Source: a virus (lineage: Duplodnaviria; Heunggongvirae; Uroviricota; Caudoviricetes). From it: a stretch of 64,000 nt of DNA. Positions 27,301-39,776 of the stretch are shown piece by piece. The translations under genes were made by a program, and so were the position numbers. The notes below the pieces were generated by a model, which ran no database searches, had not been told where the DNA came from, and was given only the letters and a program-made list of their open reading frames with translations. The DNA lies in the IMG/VR virus record IMGVR_UViG_3300028591_000092, positions 43,662 through 107,661 of that record; one strand, given 5' to 3'. How positions within the stretch are numbered: the first letter of the stretch is position 1; each line of letters begins with the position of its first letter.

Positions 27301-29589
27301 ATGAGTTTGAGATAATATTTCAGCTGTGCATCTTACTCCATAATTTGAAGCCCAGCAGCCAGGGTCAACAATTTTCCTATTTGTCGGTAGTTCTCCATCA
27401 ATAAAGTTACTCATCATTCTATGAGTAAAAATATTAAAATAGCAATCTCCTCTAAAACAAAGTTCTGATCCTGGATCAGATCTATCAAAATAATCTTCAA
27501 TAGATCTTCTTGGAGAAATTGCAGAATAGAAACTATAATCTTTAAATCTTTTCTAGAATTCAAGTTCTTCCCAATTGTCTTTTCCGCATTCTGGAATCTT
27601 TATGTTTACTATATCTCCGTAATCAAATATTGGAGAAGATATTCCAACATAACTACCCCAGTTACCTCTAATTAAAGAAGTTGAAACAGTTAAATCTTGA
27701 GGTTTGGTTTTATTCCATTTGTGATTAACATCTGCTGTTTTATAAGGCTCATCCATTATTCCAGCAACGCTAGAAAAATAATTTTCTCCGTCTGTAATAA
27801 TTTTAGTGAGTTTCTAAACAGCAGTAAGTTTTGCTGTGGTAGATAATTCTTCTGCAGTATCTACTGCGTTTACAACACAACTATCACCATACCACCCCTA
27901 AGTAGTCGAAGCAACTCTTTCTATATAAAAATCTGATCCTGTAAAGAATTGATTTAAAGTGGCTGTATCTATTTCGTAATCTGGGATTAACAAAGCTTTA
28001 TTATAGACATCAGATGTTATATCCACAGTATGACCCTAATTTAATAATCTATGCTCGTCTAAGAAAGATTTTGTATTATATACATCCCCCTATTTGAGTA
28101 CAGGAATACTTCCATAGTCTTTTCCGGTTAATCCTATAACAAGGCCCTATGTTATAATTGTAGGAATTCTTTTTTGACGTACAAAAAATAAACCTTTAAT
28201 ATTATTTCTTCTAAGAAGTTCTTTAGGAGAAATATTTTCATCTTTCTCCCCCTTTATAATATGATTAAGATCAAATTTAATTGCTAGCACATTTGGTGTT
28301 AACATATTTTGATATTTATTCCCTTTATAAAGTGCTTTTTTAGGCAATCTATATACTCCTTTTGAATTAAATAATCCGTCTTTATTAAAGAAATAATCTT
28401 CAGGTTCAGTATCCCATTTTTTATATGCAATAACTCCATCAGTTTTTTTAAAAAACTTTTGCCAATACTCATTAGAAGATGTATTGGAAGGGAGATTATT
28501 CATATCACACCCCTATAAATTAAATACAGGGCTTAATAAATTATTATTATATACAAATACAACGCCAAATCTATAAATTTCATCAGACCAATATCCAGTA
28601 TAATAATAAGCGTTTTCCTAATCGTAATATAAGTTAGAATCAACCGTCTAATATTTATTACATGCAATAGAGCCTATTTCTTTACCATCAACAGCATAAG
28701 GAATTATAGACCATGCAATACTTTGTAAGGTCTGATAATCCTACTCATATGCTGAAACATTTCCTAAGAAAAGTGTTGTATCAACAATTGCTTGCGTTTT
28801 TGCTGTTTGTATATCTGCAAATTCATTATTTAAATCAGATTTCGAACATTGAATAACGGGCTCAGATCCAGTAAGAAGAATCTCACAAGTATTATCTAAT
28901 ACTGGAAAATTCTAATCAATCATGAAATAAGTATTAGCCAAAGCCTATGATTCATCAGAGGAAACTCTTTCATAAAAAATACGTACGTAATCAAATCCAG
29001 AATCAATGTCTGTTAATTCAAATTTAATACATTTCTCTGCATTTTCATCTTGCATTCCCATACGAATCTTTTTAGATCCAGGCTGCCCTATATGGACTTG
29101 TACAATTCCAGATTCTTGAACAGTATTTGTCAGGTTTCCATCAGCATCAGAAAGTTTGAAATAAAACACATAAGATCCACACTTAAATGACCCTCCACTA
29201 TATAGTCCTCTAAAATATAAATGAGGAATATTCTTATATAACTTTAATAATTGAGCATCCTCGTCAAAAGTAGACTCATCATATATATTAGTTACATAAT
29301 TTCCAGCATGAATAGGAATATTATATGTCTTATTTTCTTGTACAGAAAATCTTGTATTTATAAGTTTTGGATTACTTTTATCATCGTTAATAATCACATT
29401 AGTAGATCCATCATATTCATCAGTAATAGATAGTTCTACAGGATTATATCGATTAAATTTAAGCTTTTCTGTACGCATATCACCAATTAGACCAGTACTC
29501 TCCAATACTAAATTTTGTAATGGAGAGTACATGTTGGCTAATTCTCCTTTGGTGTTTTTCTTTAATATATGAATTTTTGTATTGCTCAT
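24385..29589 (-). CDS. Large tail protein (muzzle/tail stabilization type), ~1734 aa
   Basis: Seven track ORFs in one frame from MSNTKIHILKK to ...RHRDKYIKVKVRYTGKDLVVIQAI[TAG]TMFNYSFA-TAA. The C-terminus resembles crAss-like tail proteins. Confidence 0.78.
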
Positions 29590-29591
29590 AA

Positions 29592-32500
29592 TTAATCGTC
29601 TTTTGAAGGTGTTATATTACCACCAGAATTTCCTTGTGTAGCAGATCCGCCATACTAAGGGCTTCCTCCTGATCCTCCTGATGTAGTTGGTCTTTGAAAA
29701 TCTGGATTATTGGTAGAAGTTGTTTTTACTATATATCCGGTATAAACATCTCCAATATATTTAGGCGCTTCTCTTGGAATAATAACAGAACCGAATTCGT
29801 TTAATAAATTAACAGAAGTATATTCATTATTTCCTGATTTTACTACATATTCCATATCAGTACTATTCTCATAAAGATTAATAGATTTTTGATATCCAAA
29901 TTCTGGAGCAGGAGAACATTTGAATGTTATAGTATCCCCTTTTATGTTATCATCGATTTTAATAACCTCGGGGTATCCGTGTGTATTATTAGATCCTTCT
30001 GGAAACTAATCTTCTGCATAACAATATACAGTTTGTTCTAACTAACTAGATATTGGAAGCTCATTTATTGAAACATAATTAATTCTCTAATCCGAAGAAT
30101 CTATAAAAGGAGAATTTCCAAATAATTCATCTAAAGAATCATACTAAGAATCTATAATAATATTTCCAGTTACTTCATAAATTCCCACATTTCTAAATAA
30201 ATCATTTCCGCTTATTTTTTTAGAACTTGATATTGTATACGCTTTTTGTTCTGGTGAATATATTAAACAATATTGCCCGACAAAACTGGTTTTAGAATAT
30301 ATAGAATCACTTATTGTTACTTTTATTCTGTTACCTATTGTAGGATAATCAGTATCGTTATTTAAAAGAACATATAATTTTTTAGGAGATAACTAAGATA
30401 CTTCTAGATTTTGATAATAATTTTCTAATCCGCCTAAAGTAAAAGAAGATCTTACCGAATCATCGCTGCTAGTTACATGATGATTATATCCATTTGTAAT
30501 CGATTCTGAATTATTTTTCTTACTCTCAACAAATTTAATATAATTCTGTTTATAATTGATACACAACGGATTCCAGATTTCTTTTTCATTATTATAAGAA
30601 ACACAAGCGGGACATTCAATTATGCTGCTATCTTCTTGTTGAATTTTTACAACAGCATCAATTTGCGGGTATACAGAACATTTTGATTGATTTGTTACGT
30701 ATATAGGAGCTGCTTCCTGCCCACTTGCGTTAATAGAGATAGTTCCAGGCTTAAAAATAACTTTTAAATCGTGAGTTGTCTGCGACCATTTTTGTAATGA
30801 CCACGTATCTATCTAATTTATATTTAACTATATTTCAACACAATCATCACTCTTTATATTCATACTAGATAAATTTTCAAAAGTAACTTTATCTAGGACA
30901 AATTCTGGCGAAACTTTAAAATTGATTAACTCGTCTGAATTAGATTTTTTTTGCTATCCATAGTAAAAGGCGTTTCTTGATTCATTTGTTTTTTCCACAT
31001 AAATGCTATACTCTTTATCAGTAACATATTTAGTAGCTTTTTTAGTACCATTAACAATTAGATCAACAGAATAAGTAATTTTAACCCCTCCTTTATGAGT
31101 TTTCAAATCGGGAGAGCCTGCAGTATTAGTCATATTTTTGTTAGAATTCTATTCAGACAAGAGTAATTTCCCTGGAATAAAAGAAATTTTATTAATTATA
31201 GGATTTATTGATTTATATTCTGTATAAGGAATTTGCCTTAAATATGTGGACATAACACCAGCAATGTCTATTTCTGTTGATGTTAGATCAATATTATATT
31301 CTCTTTTTGATTTTACATTATCATTGGCAGAAATTAGATTTACATAATTACCGCTTTCTTTCTTAAAAACTTTTCCGGAAATATATATTGTTTGATCGGA
31401 CGTATATGTACTGTTGATTGCTTTTTCCATCTAATCTCCAGGAAGTTCAAGAACCTTGATATTTCCATAATCAGGTACATTATAATCTCTTTTCTACGGA
31501 AAACTCTATTTCCCATTAGCAAAAGTATGAATCTTCCAATACTTATCAACAATGAATTTTCCTAATGTATCCATATAATACGGATTATACTTCATTGTAA
31601 AAGTACCTAACTCTCTTTCCCAATTTTTATCCCAATATTTAATTTTTAAATCGATCCATTTATTAGGATCGTCTCCTAAATCTATGGCGTATAAAAATGT
31701 AAAGCTAGAAGTATCTACATTAGCTTTTTTAGAAACAAGATCTATACTTATTAATTTAGTATCACTAGAAGGCCAATTTTTTTTAAATGTAGAATTACTG
31801 TGCGCTGTAATATAATATTTATCATTATATAAATATCTATTCATTCCCATATTTGCCGGGCGCGGTAATTCCAATGAGTATATTCCGCCAGTAAAGGGTA
31901 GACTCTTATCAAACACAATGCGAGGAGGTCCTGAGCTTTTATAGTTGACTATTCCGACCCAGTTTGTCCCATTTGACAAGTCATAAATTAACAGTTTGTC
32001 ATCAATTTCTAACGTTGCATATAATAATTCAGCAATAGGACTTGCCGAGGCATATAAAATTCTATGATCACTCTCTTTATACCACGACGGGTCTGCAGAA
32101 AAGTGTGTAATATTCTTAGAACTATATCCTTTAAAAATTTCTGAAGTGTATTTTTCTTCTGTATCTTCTATTTTATGAGAAAACTACAGACTGTCTACTT
32201 GCACATCAGAGTCAGTATCATACTGTACCCCGTAGATTATTGAATAATAGTGTCTATTCCCATCACTGTCTTCTGTATACTACAATGTTGGATAAAATTT
32301 ACCATTCTTTCCATTAGGGGCTAAATTAAATGAATTAATATTTTCTTTAATAAATTTAATTCCCAATTTTCCGGATTGAATTTTAGGATAAGTTAAAAAA
32401 TTAACATGTTTTAGTTTTAATCCAGTTTCTTCTTCAACAGGCTAATTTAAAACTGATAAATCCGGTTTTGCATCATTAGGATTTCCAAACCAATAATCGC

Positions 32501-33101
32501 CTCCAACTAAAGCTACAGTAGGAGTAATATCTTTTTCCCCCTTAGAAGTAATTGCAATGAGTCGTGGCTCATATAAATGTTTAACCATCAAAGAAGAAAT
32601 TATAGATTTATTATTTTGGACAGGATTATTTATACACGGAATAAAAATTTCTTCAGGATTTATCTCATCATTATAAATTTCAAATGTTGGGGATTCTGTT
32701 TCATTTGTAACCCAGTATCTGTTAACTAACTATTCCTAATCATTTAGTTCTTTAAAGAAATCTGTATCGGTTTCATAAGCATCCTGTGGTTTATATGTAA
32801 TAACAGGACTTGGAATAGTTCCAATCTCCCCTTTACCTTCTTTATTTACAGAAGCAATATACATAATACCACCATGCTCTTCTAATCCAACTGGAACAAA
32901 ACCTTCTCTAAGGCCCATAATATTTCCAGTTTTAGCATCTTGAATTCTGGTATTACCCATGTCATTCTGTAACATCTACTCATTACCATTAAAAGTAATA
33001 AGAGTTGCATTAAGCGCGTCAGTTAGATTCTACTGAGGTGTTGTCAACGGATGCATGTCCGTTGTTAAACCTCCCAAGAAAACATTGGTGGTAGTCTTCA
33101 T
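29592..33101 (-). CDS. Tail stabilization/tubular protein, ~1169 aa
   Basis: N-terminus MKTTTNVFLGGLTTDMHP...ALNATLITFNGNE[TAG]MLQNDMGN is typical of crAss-like tail proteins. Single frame to TAA at 29592. Confidence 0.78.
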
Positions 33102-33606
33102 AATTATTTGTTCCTATATATTCTGCTTTGTCTGAACTTATCTTTTCTACAAAAAATTTCCATCCACAATCCATTGGATAAGGAATTCTCCAAATATGCT
33201 TTACATATTTTTCATGATGAAGTTCATCCTCTATTTTTACTAAATAAACGTCTTCAAACGTTTTTATTTTTCTTTGTTTTTCGATTACTTTATGTCTCTC
33301 ATCATTAAGACCTATATAATAGTAACCGTCCCAAACTTTCTTTTTAAATCTAAAAAGAACTCTTTCTTTCATTCTCCATTTAACATGCCATCTAAACCAA
33401 TGCCTCAAAGCATCATACCCTAATCTTCCACAGTGAATGAGCATGTTATCATCAATCCTATTATTCAATAATACATCTGCATGTAATTTATTGGCTTTTA
33501 GATACCGCATTAACCCAAATTCAAGAATTGTTTTAATATCGTCTTTACAAAAATAAGGAAATTTGGCCTGTACAGCATCAATATAATCTTCAAATTTCTT
33601 TACCAT
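33019..33606 (-). CDS. Conserved crAss-like structural-region protein (IHF-like/tail hub position), 195 aa
   Basis: Intact ORF ending in TGA. Syntenic position between the ring and tail stabilization genes. Overlaps the next gene by 83 nt. Confidence 0.6.
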   Translation of the reverse strand: MVKKFEDYIDAVQAKFPYFCKDDIKTILEFGLMRYLKANKLHADVLLNNRIDDNMLIHCGRLGYDALRHWFRWHVKWRMKERVLFRFKKKVWDGYYYIGLNDERHKVIEKQRKIKTFEDVYLVKIEDELHHEKYVKHIWRIPYPMDCGWKFFVEKISSDKAEYIGTNNYEDYHQCFLGRFNNGHASVDNTSVESN

Positions 33607-34043
33607 CCGTGCCCAGCATTAGTGAGTTCAGTAATTCTATCTTTATACTTTTCAGAAACATGAATTGCTTTTACCCATTTTCCATATCTAGTATTATATC
33701 TTAATCCCAAATTATATCCAGTAAAATTAGATGTTAAAAAATCAACGTCTTGAAATTTACCATTTTGTCTCGCTTTAATAAATTCTTCACCAGACGTTGG
33801 GATCATTTCTAAATATGCTCTAGACGTTCTTGGAAATTTAAAAGTAATTTTCTTTTCAATTATATCACAAACGACTAAATAAAAGAAATATCTTAAAACT
33901 CTTCCAAGAATTTTTCTAATATTTCCACTAATAGAAGGAGGATAAGTAAAAATATTTTGTTTTAATCGCTTATAATCAAAGCCATAATATAAATTATCTG
34001 CAGTAAGAGCATACGACGTCGCCCAATAATGATCTGCAACCAT
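33600..34043 (-). CDS. Conserved crAss-like structural-region protein (IHF-like/tail hub position), 147 aa
   Basis: Intact ORF with TAA stop, coupled to both neighbours. Called from synteny. Confidence 0.6.
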   Translation of the reverse strand: MVADHYWATSYALTADNLYYGFDYKRLKQNIFTYPPSISGNIRKILGRVLRYFFYLVVCDIIEKKITFKFPRTSRAYLEMIPTSGEEFIKARQNGKFQDVDFLTSNFTGYNLGLRYNTRYGKWVKAIHVSEKYKDRITELTNAGHGW

Positions 34044-34747
34044 TAATGAATTGGTTTATAGCTTCTTCCATAACCACTACGATTAAAAGAAGCCATTACA
34101 CTTAATATCTCGTTCATGTCGTTCTGACTAATACTCTCTGATACTCTAGCAGCATCACAGAGTTTCTTCCAACGAGCTTCTTCTAATTGGGCCAATTGTA
34201 TTTGCCCAGCATCTTTAGTTTGTCTGCCTTTTTTAAAATCTGCAATAAAGGCACAATAAGCAGCAATAGCTTCGATTTCTTTATTGTTTAATAAAGGCAA
34301 ACCATCTTCTCCAGCAAATATACCTTTATATAAAATATTAACAACTGGGAAAGGCTCAGTAAAATAAAGTTTATCTCCAAGTTCTTTATATTTAACATAT
34401 TTGCCTGGTATATATAGTTCATTTGGCATTCGTTTACTTGCTTCAATAGCTTGTTCTATTGGATGCGAAATGCCACCAAAATGATTAAAATTCACATGAG
34501 TTTCTTGAGCGTCTTCACAAGGTAATGTTACTGCTTCAACAGTATCACAGTTACAAGGCAAACATACAAACCATCCACCATCAGTATCCATTTGAGGATG
34601 AGCATGCATTAAGTACATTTTATAGTTTTTGTTGCCAATTTTATTATAGGCGCTCATAGCATATGTTTCAAAAGTATCTTCATCAAGCTCTATACCATAT
34701 AATTCGTATGCTTGAGATAACGCAGTATAAAAAGGATATTTTTTCAT
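34043..34747 (-). CDS. Tail ring/tubular protein, 234 aa
   Basis: Intact ORF in the crAss head-tail connector block. Confidence 0.65.
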   Translation of the reverse strand: MKKYPFYTALSQAYELYGIELDEDTFETYAMSAYNKIGNKNYKMYLMHAHPQMDTDGGWFVCLPCNCDTVEAVTLPCEDAQETHVNFNHFGGISHPIEQAIEASKRMPNELYIPGKYVKYKELGDKLYFTEPFPVVNILYKGIFAGEDGLPLLNNKEIEAIAAYCAFIADFKKGRQTKDAGQIQLAQLEEARWKKLCDAARVSESISQNDMNEILSVMASFNRSGYGRSYKPIH

Positions 34748-34755
34748 AATTTATG

Positions 34756-35430
34756 TTATTTTGCAACTTGATCATTAGGTTGAGGTTGAGGATACAATTG
34801 TCTATAATATTTAAGATACTTGTTTACTACAGTATCTACAGCTTCAGTATCTATGAAATTCAAATTTCCGTAATTTTCAAAATCATATTCGCAACATAAA
34901 AAATCTTCTAACTCTCTAGGATCTTTAAATATTGCTGATACAGATATTTTTTCTAATAATGGCGCATTAAAAACATAACCATATAAATGATTATTTTCAT
35001 TCGGAGTCATATCCAAATAAACAAAAGGTTTTTTGTTGCCCATCATCTTGTATTTATGAAATTTAAATAAAGACGGTGAAGTATATACTTTGAATTTATG
35101 CATTTTATCAATTGTTCCTATATACTGAATTGACTCGTCACTTCCTACAAATATTTGTGGTATTTCAAATCTAGGAACTTTCTCCCCAAATTCTTCTCCA
35201 CAACAAGAAGCAATTGCATGACAGTCTAAATCTACACAATCAATGGATAAATATAAATCTTTAAAAGGAAGCCTGTTTGACATAGCATACTTATAAAGAA
35301 TTGCAGCTCTTGTCTATACCAACTCGTCTTCAAGCATTTGCATAGGAATATTTAAACTCGGAGCTAATCCCTCAAGACCACCAATAATGTGTGACTATGC
35401 TATACTCGCCAGCTTTGTTATTAAATTCAT
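34756..35430 (-). CDS. Tail ring (head-tail adaptor) protein, 224 aa
   Basis: True start MNLITKLASIA[TAG]SH at 35430, in frame with track ORF 34756..35283. Confidence 0.68.
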
Positions 35431-35440
35431 AATTAAATAT

Positions 35441-35478
35441 AAAATAAAAAGGGACAGACGGAAACCCGTCCGCCCCTT
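35441..35478 (-). terminator. Intrinsic terminator after the auxiliary capsid gene
   Basis: Minus strand AAGGGGCGGACGG-gttt-CCGTCTGTCCCTT followed by TTTATTTT. Confidence 0.8.
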
Positions 35479-35495
35479 ACGGTTAATAAAATTTA

Positions 35496-36539
35496 TTACT
35501 CACTATCACTAGCAGTGCTGTCCCATTTATCTTCATCATAAGAAGGAACATCATCAGCTTGTGCAATTACCTGTTTCGGCTCAGCAGAATCAGAAGCACT
35601 ACCAACCTTAACAAGCGGATGTAATTTAGCTAATTCATCAGCAAACTCGGCACTGATATTATTAGCTTCACAAGTAGCACTTCTTAATACGTAGAATACT
35701 ACAGTAGTAAGACTTGTGCCTACAGAACCCATAACATCGTGGCCGATATGACGTCTTTCTGTTACAATCTCAACCATATATTGGTCATATTCGCCCTTAG
35801 GCAGAGGACGCTCGTCCATATTCAGACCATAAGGATTAAGATTAGCATCAGTTAAGAGACGCATATTCTTAAGAATTTGAACGGTATTACCATTACCTTC
35901 TTTAGCTTTAGTTGTAAGAACTACACCAGCAGTAGCAGAAGCTTCTTTTCTCTTATAGTCAGCCACAACTTCCCAATCTTCATAACCAGTCAGTAAAGCG
36001 CCTACTTTAGCAACTTCACCAGCAGCGTCTTTTGCTTGTGGAAGAGTAACAATGCGAACTTCTTTTACTACAGTGTAGCAATCAAGACCTTCAATAACTA
36101 AAGTACTACCATCCTTAGCAATCTTTACAAACTTCTCGCCATGAAGAGTATCTTCGTGTGCTACAGAAGCAAGCAGACCGTCAACATTGATGTCACTATC
36201 AGCAGAAGCGATTGCTTCATAGAATAAGTGACGAGAATGATCAGGATAATAATCATTGAAAGTAGCTGTAGTTTGTCCAAGTTTACCAAGAGTAATAACC
36301 AGACGAACAACATTACCAGCTTTTACTTTAGCAATACCAGGTAAAGAAGCAGGAGTAATAGTTACTTTTTCTTTAGCTTCAGCCTCAAACGGATGCTTGT
36401 AAATAACATTAACATCTTTGCTGCGAATGTTAATCATATTATCAACGAACAGAACACCATTCTTGGCAAGGAATTTCTTTCCGCCTTCAAGTTTACCAGC
36501 ATTGTCGTTGATGATAAATTCACGTGTAAATTGAAACAT
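35496..36539 (-). CDS. Auxiliary capsid/structural protein, 347 aa
   Basis: Intact TAG-free ORF (MFQFTREFIIN...GNGNTVQILKNMRLLT...YDQY) at the conserved position downstream of the MCP. Confidence 0.7.
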   Translation of the reverse strand: MFQFTREFIINDNAGKLEGGKKFLAKNGVLFVDNMINIRSKDVNVIYKHPFEAEAKEKVTITPASLPGIAKVKAGNVVRLVITLGKLGQTTATFNDYYPDHSRHLFYEAIASADSDINVDGLLASVAHEDTLHGEKFVKIAKDGSTLVIEGLDCYTVVKEVRIVTLPQAKDAAGEVAKVGALLTGYEDWEVVADYKRKEASATAGVVLTTKAKEGNGNTVQILKNMRLLTDANLNPYGLNMDERPLPKGEYDQYMVEIVTERRHIGHDVMGSVGTSLTTVVFYVLRSATCEANNISAEFADELAKLHPLVKVGSASDSAEPKQVIAQADDVPSYDEDKWDSTASDSE

Positions 36540-36575
36540 TATTATAAAAATTTAAAAAAATCTAAAATAAATCTA

Positions 36576-37394
36576 TTAATTTTGTGGAGGGATGGAAGTA
36601 TTAACTGGAACAAAGCTCTGTGTCCTTTCTTCTTTGTTATTTTCCATAATCTGCGTAACAAGCTGTTTAATTATTTCATTACAAACATAATCCGAAAATT
36701 CTAATACAGCAGAAGTATCTTCTACAGAATCTAAATCAAACTGCTCAATAGAAATATATCTAGGCGCTTGTAAATATTGAACTTCAACAGAAATTAAATC
36801 ATCTTGTCTTAAATCTTCTCCACAAAGTATCTACATAATTGGCTATGTAGCATTGCCATATCTTTTTCCAACTTGTTTGTCTGAGTTGGGAGTTGTTCCA
36901 GGCTATGTTGGATCTGGAACAATCTTCCCATCTCCTTGCTCTATATTGATAATCTAATAATACGGACGAGTTGGAGATGGCCTCATATACCAGTTGGAAT
37001 CAATCTGAGGAGCCTAATTGGTATCTAATTTGTTTAGTCCTACAATACGATTTTTACAAGAACTACATCTTTTCGCAGGAGATCTAAACACAGCACGACA
37101 TCCAAGAATATGAACATAGTCTTTAGGTAATTCACACTCATAGCTTACACCAAATTTAGTAGAACTAGTCCTAACATCAGTAAGTCCATTAGTTTCATTA
37201 ATGGTAACCCAGTTAATAAGCTGTCTTAAATCATCTGTATTTTGCTAAATTTTTTCAAAAGAAGTATACTTCTTATTGAAATATTCTTGAATGTTTTTAT
37301 TTAGTAAATAAATAAAATCACTTAAAAGAAGTGAAGGTGCCTAAACTTTATTTAATTCAATTAAACAGGCTTCGTAACAATCTCTAACTGTCAT
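36576..37394 (-). CDS. Head-tail adaptor/ring protein, 272 aa; absent from the ORF track
   Basis: MTVRDCYEACLIELNKV[TAG]APSLLLSDF...KI[TAG]QNTDDLR...VPVNTSIPPQN-TAA resembles a conserved crAss-like gene following the MCP. Confidence 0.78.
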
Positions 37395-37403
37395 AGTTAA
37401 TTA

Positions 37404-38267
37404 TTAGTCTTTTTTAGCTTTCTCTGCCTTTTTAAACAAATCTGGGAAAGTCTCTTGTTCAATAAGCTTCTTAACTTGGACATGCTCTGGCTGACTTAGA
37501 TAAGCAACTGCAGAATCCATACTTGAACCCAGAACGACATCATCAGAATATATGAGCAATCCCTGTTTACGATTAACAACGTGTTTATTCATTGCTTCTA
37601 ATAAGAGCAATCGAATTTGAGTTGTCGTTCCGGTATAAAGCTCAATAATTTTCTCAGGATATTTTTCTGCTTGTGTTAACAAGTAATCCTTAACATCACT
37701 TTCAGGAGCTCTTGACATGTCTTTTTCAAGAAGCTTACACTTAGTAATCCATCCAGATAATCCTGCAGGATCATTAAGTACTAATCCAGTAGCTTTATAA
37801 ATAAGTTCTTTGATAGTATTTCTAGTTTTGGCAGCAACACCAGGTCTGAAAATATATAAATCTGCTTTGCCATAACGTCCTCTAATCACACCGGTATCAG
37901 TTGCATAAGGCTTTTCACCATCAACAACAAATGTTCCATCTGGATTCTTTTCAAAACGATCTTTGGCAATCATAGAAGAATTTTTAATTGCTTCCCATTC
38001 AGCTCTTTGACGAGGAACACTTAAATCAAAAGTAGTTCCATGTTGTACAACAATAGGTTTAGAAGCAGGGAGCAAAGGAATTCCTTTTCTTAAATCTTCT
38101 TTATCTTTCTCAGATAAAATCATCTGATGTGTTTTTTCGTCAGAAACCTCTCTTACACAAGGGGGGTATTCTCCAGTTGCTGGATCTTTACAAGGTTGTA
38201 TATAATACTTTTGTCCAGGTGTCTTATTATAGGCACTCTGAAGTATAATAATTTCACTGTTTTCCAT
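37404..38267 (-). CDS. Conserved crAss-like virion protein following the MCP, 287 aa
   Basis: Intact TAG-free ORF. Called from synteny. Confidence 0.7.
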   Translation of the reverse strand: MENSEIIILQSAYNKTPGQKYYIQPCKDPATGEYPPCVREVSDEKTHQMILSEKDKEDLRKGIPLLPASKPIVVQHGTTFDLSVPRQRAEWEAIKNSSMIAKDRFEKNPDGTFVVDGEKPYATDTGVIRGRYGKADLYIFRPGVAAKTRNTIKELIYKATGLVLNDPAGLSGWITKCKLLEKDMSRAPESDVKDYLLTQAEKYPEKIIELYTGTTTQIRLLLLEAMNKHVVNRKQGLLIYSDDVVLGSSMDSAVAYLSQPEHVQVKKLIEQETFPDLFKKAEKAKKD

Positions 38268-38306
38268 ATTATTACATTAGTTCTTATTATCAATATCTTT
38301 TATAAG

Positions 38307-38330
38307 AGAGTCCTGGTTTCCCAGGACTCT
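38307..38330. other. Perfect 10-bp stem-loop immediately 3' of the MCP gene
   Basis: AGAGTCCTGG-tttc-CCAGGACTCT, which gives a GAAA tetraloop on the mRNA strand. Confidence 0.75.
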
Positions 38331-38352
38331 TTATCTTATGTGTATATTACAA

Positions 38353-39762
38353 TTAATTCTCTAAGAGAACAACCGAACGATAAGGATTGTAAACTGCAAT
38401 ACCCCAATATCCAGTCATAGTCCACTTAATTCCAGCTACAGGAGAAGCAACCTCACCATTGCGAATACCAACACCAGTTAAAGTATTCTCGATAAGTTCT
38501 TTACCCTCTACAGTGAATGCCTCAATAGCAGGACGACCACTGGTCTTGTCAGCAGTCAGATCAATCATAACACCGAAACCAGTGTCAGGATACTCAAAGT
38601 CGAGAGCTCTGTCTGCTTTAAGAATAATTGTATTATTTGCGAAGGTGTATGCATCATATGTTGCACCAACCTTGATGTTACCATTGGCTTGTTTCGACCA
38701 GATGTAAGCACCATCAGTGTTGTGGTTAGCAAGATATTCGCTAAGAACATTTTGCAGCTCTTGGAACAGCTTGAGGTTAACTACAAATAAGAAGGTGTTG
38801 CCCTGAACTTTCGGACATTTCTGAGCAAGAGCCAGAATCATCTCATTGAACAAGCTTACAGTAAGCTTAGAATAATTAAACTTAGAAGCATAACGATAAA
38901 TTTGCGGAAGAACTCCGTCACCTGCCATTACAGGACGTCCTTGACGATCAGTAACAGTAGCTTTACCGTTAGCATCCATCGTGCCGTGTTGTAACAACAT
39001 ACCATTGTTACGAGCGGTCATAAAGCTATCTAACAGAACGCGTTTCTTGTCAGGCCATGCAAAGATCTTGCTTTCCCAACCATTAGCTTCTGAACCACGA
39101 GACAGCTTAATAAAGGTTTGTTCCATTGCTTCATAACGAGACGAAGCATCAATGTCGTTACGAATCTCGCTGATGTAACCACGAGCTTTCTCTACATTGC
39201 TCTGGAACTTTGTATAACCCTGCTCATGATACTCAACTTGTACGTTACCCAGCCAACGTGTTTTAGCACCTTCGTAAGCAGAACCGTCTACAAGAATCTC
39301 TTCACGATCGTTAGTTAATACGCGAACAGTGTAGCACCAATAGTTATCAGCTTTGCGGGTAGGAGCGTCTAATACGAAGAACTGTTGTTTCGTATCACAA
39401 ATCTCAAACGTATCATAAGGCTCGTAGTAACGCTCTTTAAATACCATTGTGATTTCAGAACCGTTAGTACCATCTCCTTCTGCAGGAGCAGCCATAAATA
39501 CGTATTTTACAAAGTTCTGTTGGATTTCCCATTCAAAGCTGAAAGAATCCAGTTTCTGGAACTTATTACCCATCTTTTCTTTGTTTCTAACAACATTTCC
39601 AAATGCCTCAGTCAGATAAGACATGGTCATTTCCTCATAAGGCTCCATGCGAGAAACAATACCTAATCTCTTCGAATTCTCACCCAAGAATTTCGAAAAA
39701 TCTTCGTATGTACGGCTATGAGCCATTTCCGGCTTAACCGTAGTAAAGTTTGCAATAATCAT
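38353..39762 (-). CDS. Major capsid protein (crAss-like), 469 aa
   Basis: N-terminus MIIANFTTVKPEMAHSRTYEDFSKFLG...RLGIVSRM and C-terminus GYWGIAVYNPYRS. Follows an acidic scaffold-like gene. Confidence 0.9.
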   Translation of the reverse strand: MIIANFTTVKPEMAHSRTYEDFSKFLGENSKRLGIVSRMEPYEEMTMSYLTEAFGNVVRNKEKMGNKFQKLDSFSFEWEIQQNFVKYVFMAAPAEGDGTNGSEITMVFKERYYEPYDTFEICDTKQQFFVLDAPTRKADNYWCYTVRVLTNDREEILVDGSAYEGAKTRWLGNVQVEYHEQGYTKFQSNVEKARGYISEIRNDIDASSRYEAMEQTFIKLSRGSEANGWESKIFAWPDKKRVLLDSFMTARNNGMLLQHGTMDANGKATVTDRQGRPVMAGDGVLPQIYRYASKFNYSKLTVSLFNEMILALAQKCPKVQGNTFLFVVNLKLFQELQNVLSEYLANHNTDGAYIWSKQANGNIKVGATYDAYTFANNTIILKADRALDFEYPDTGFGVMIDLTADKTSGRPAIEAFTVEGKELIENTLTGVGIRNGEVASPVAGIKWTMTGYWGIAVYNPYRSVVLLEN

Positions 39763-39776
39763 TTTAAAAATATAAT

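Noticed and set aside
1-33101. Interpreting the many short minus-strand ORFs as pseudogenes or sequencing errors
   Set aside because: Fragments stay in one frame over kilobases and the breaks examined are all TAG, never frameshifts or TAA/TGA. This fits recoding rather than decay.
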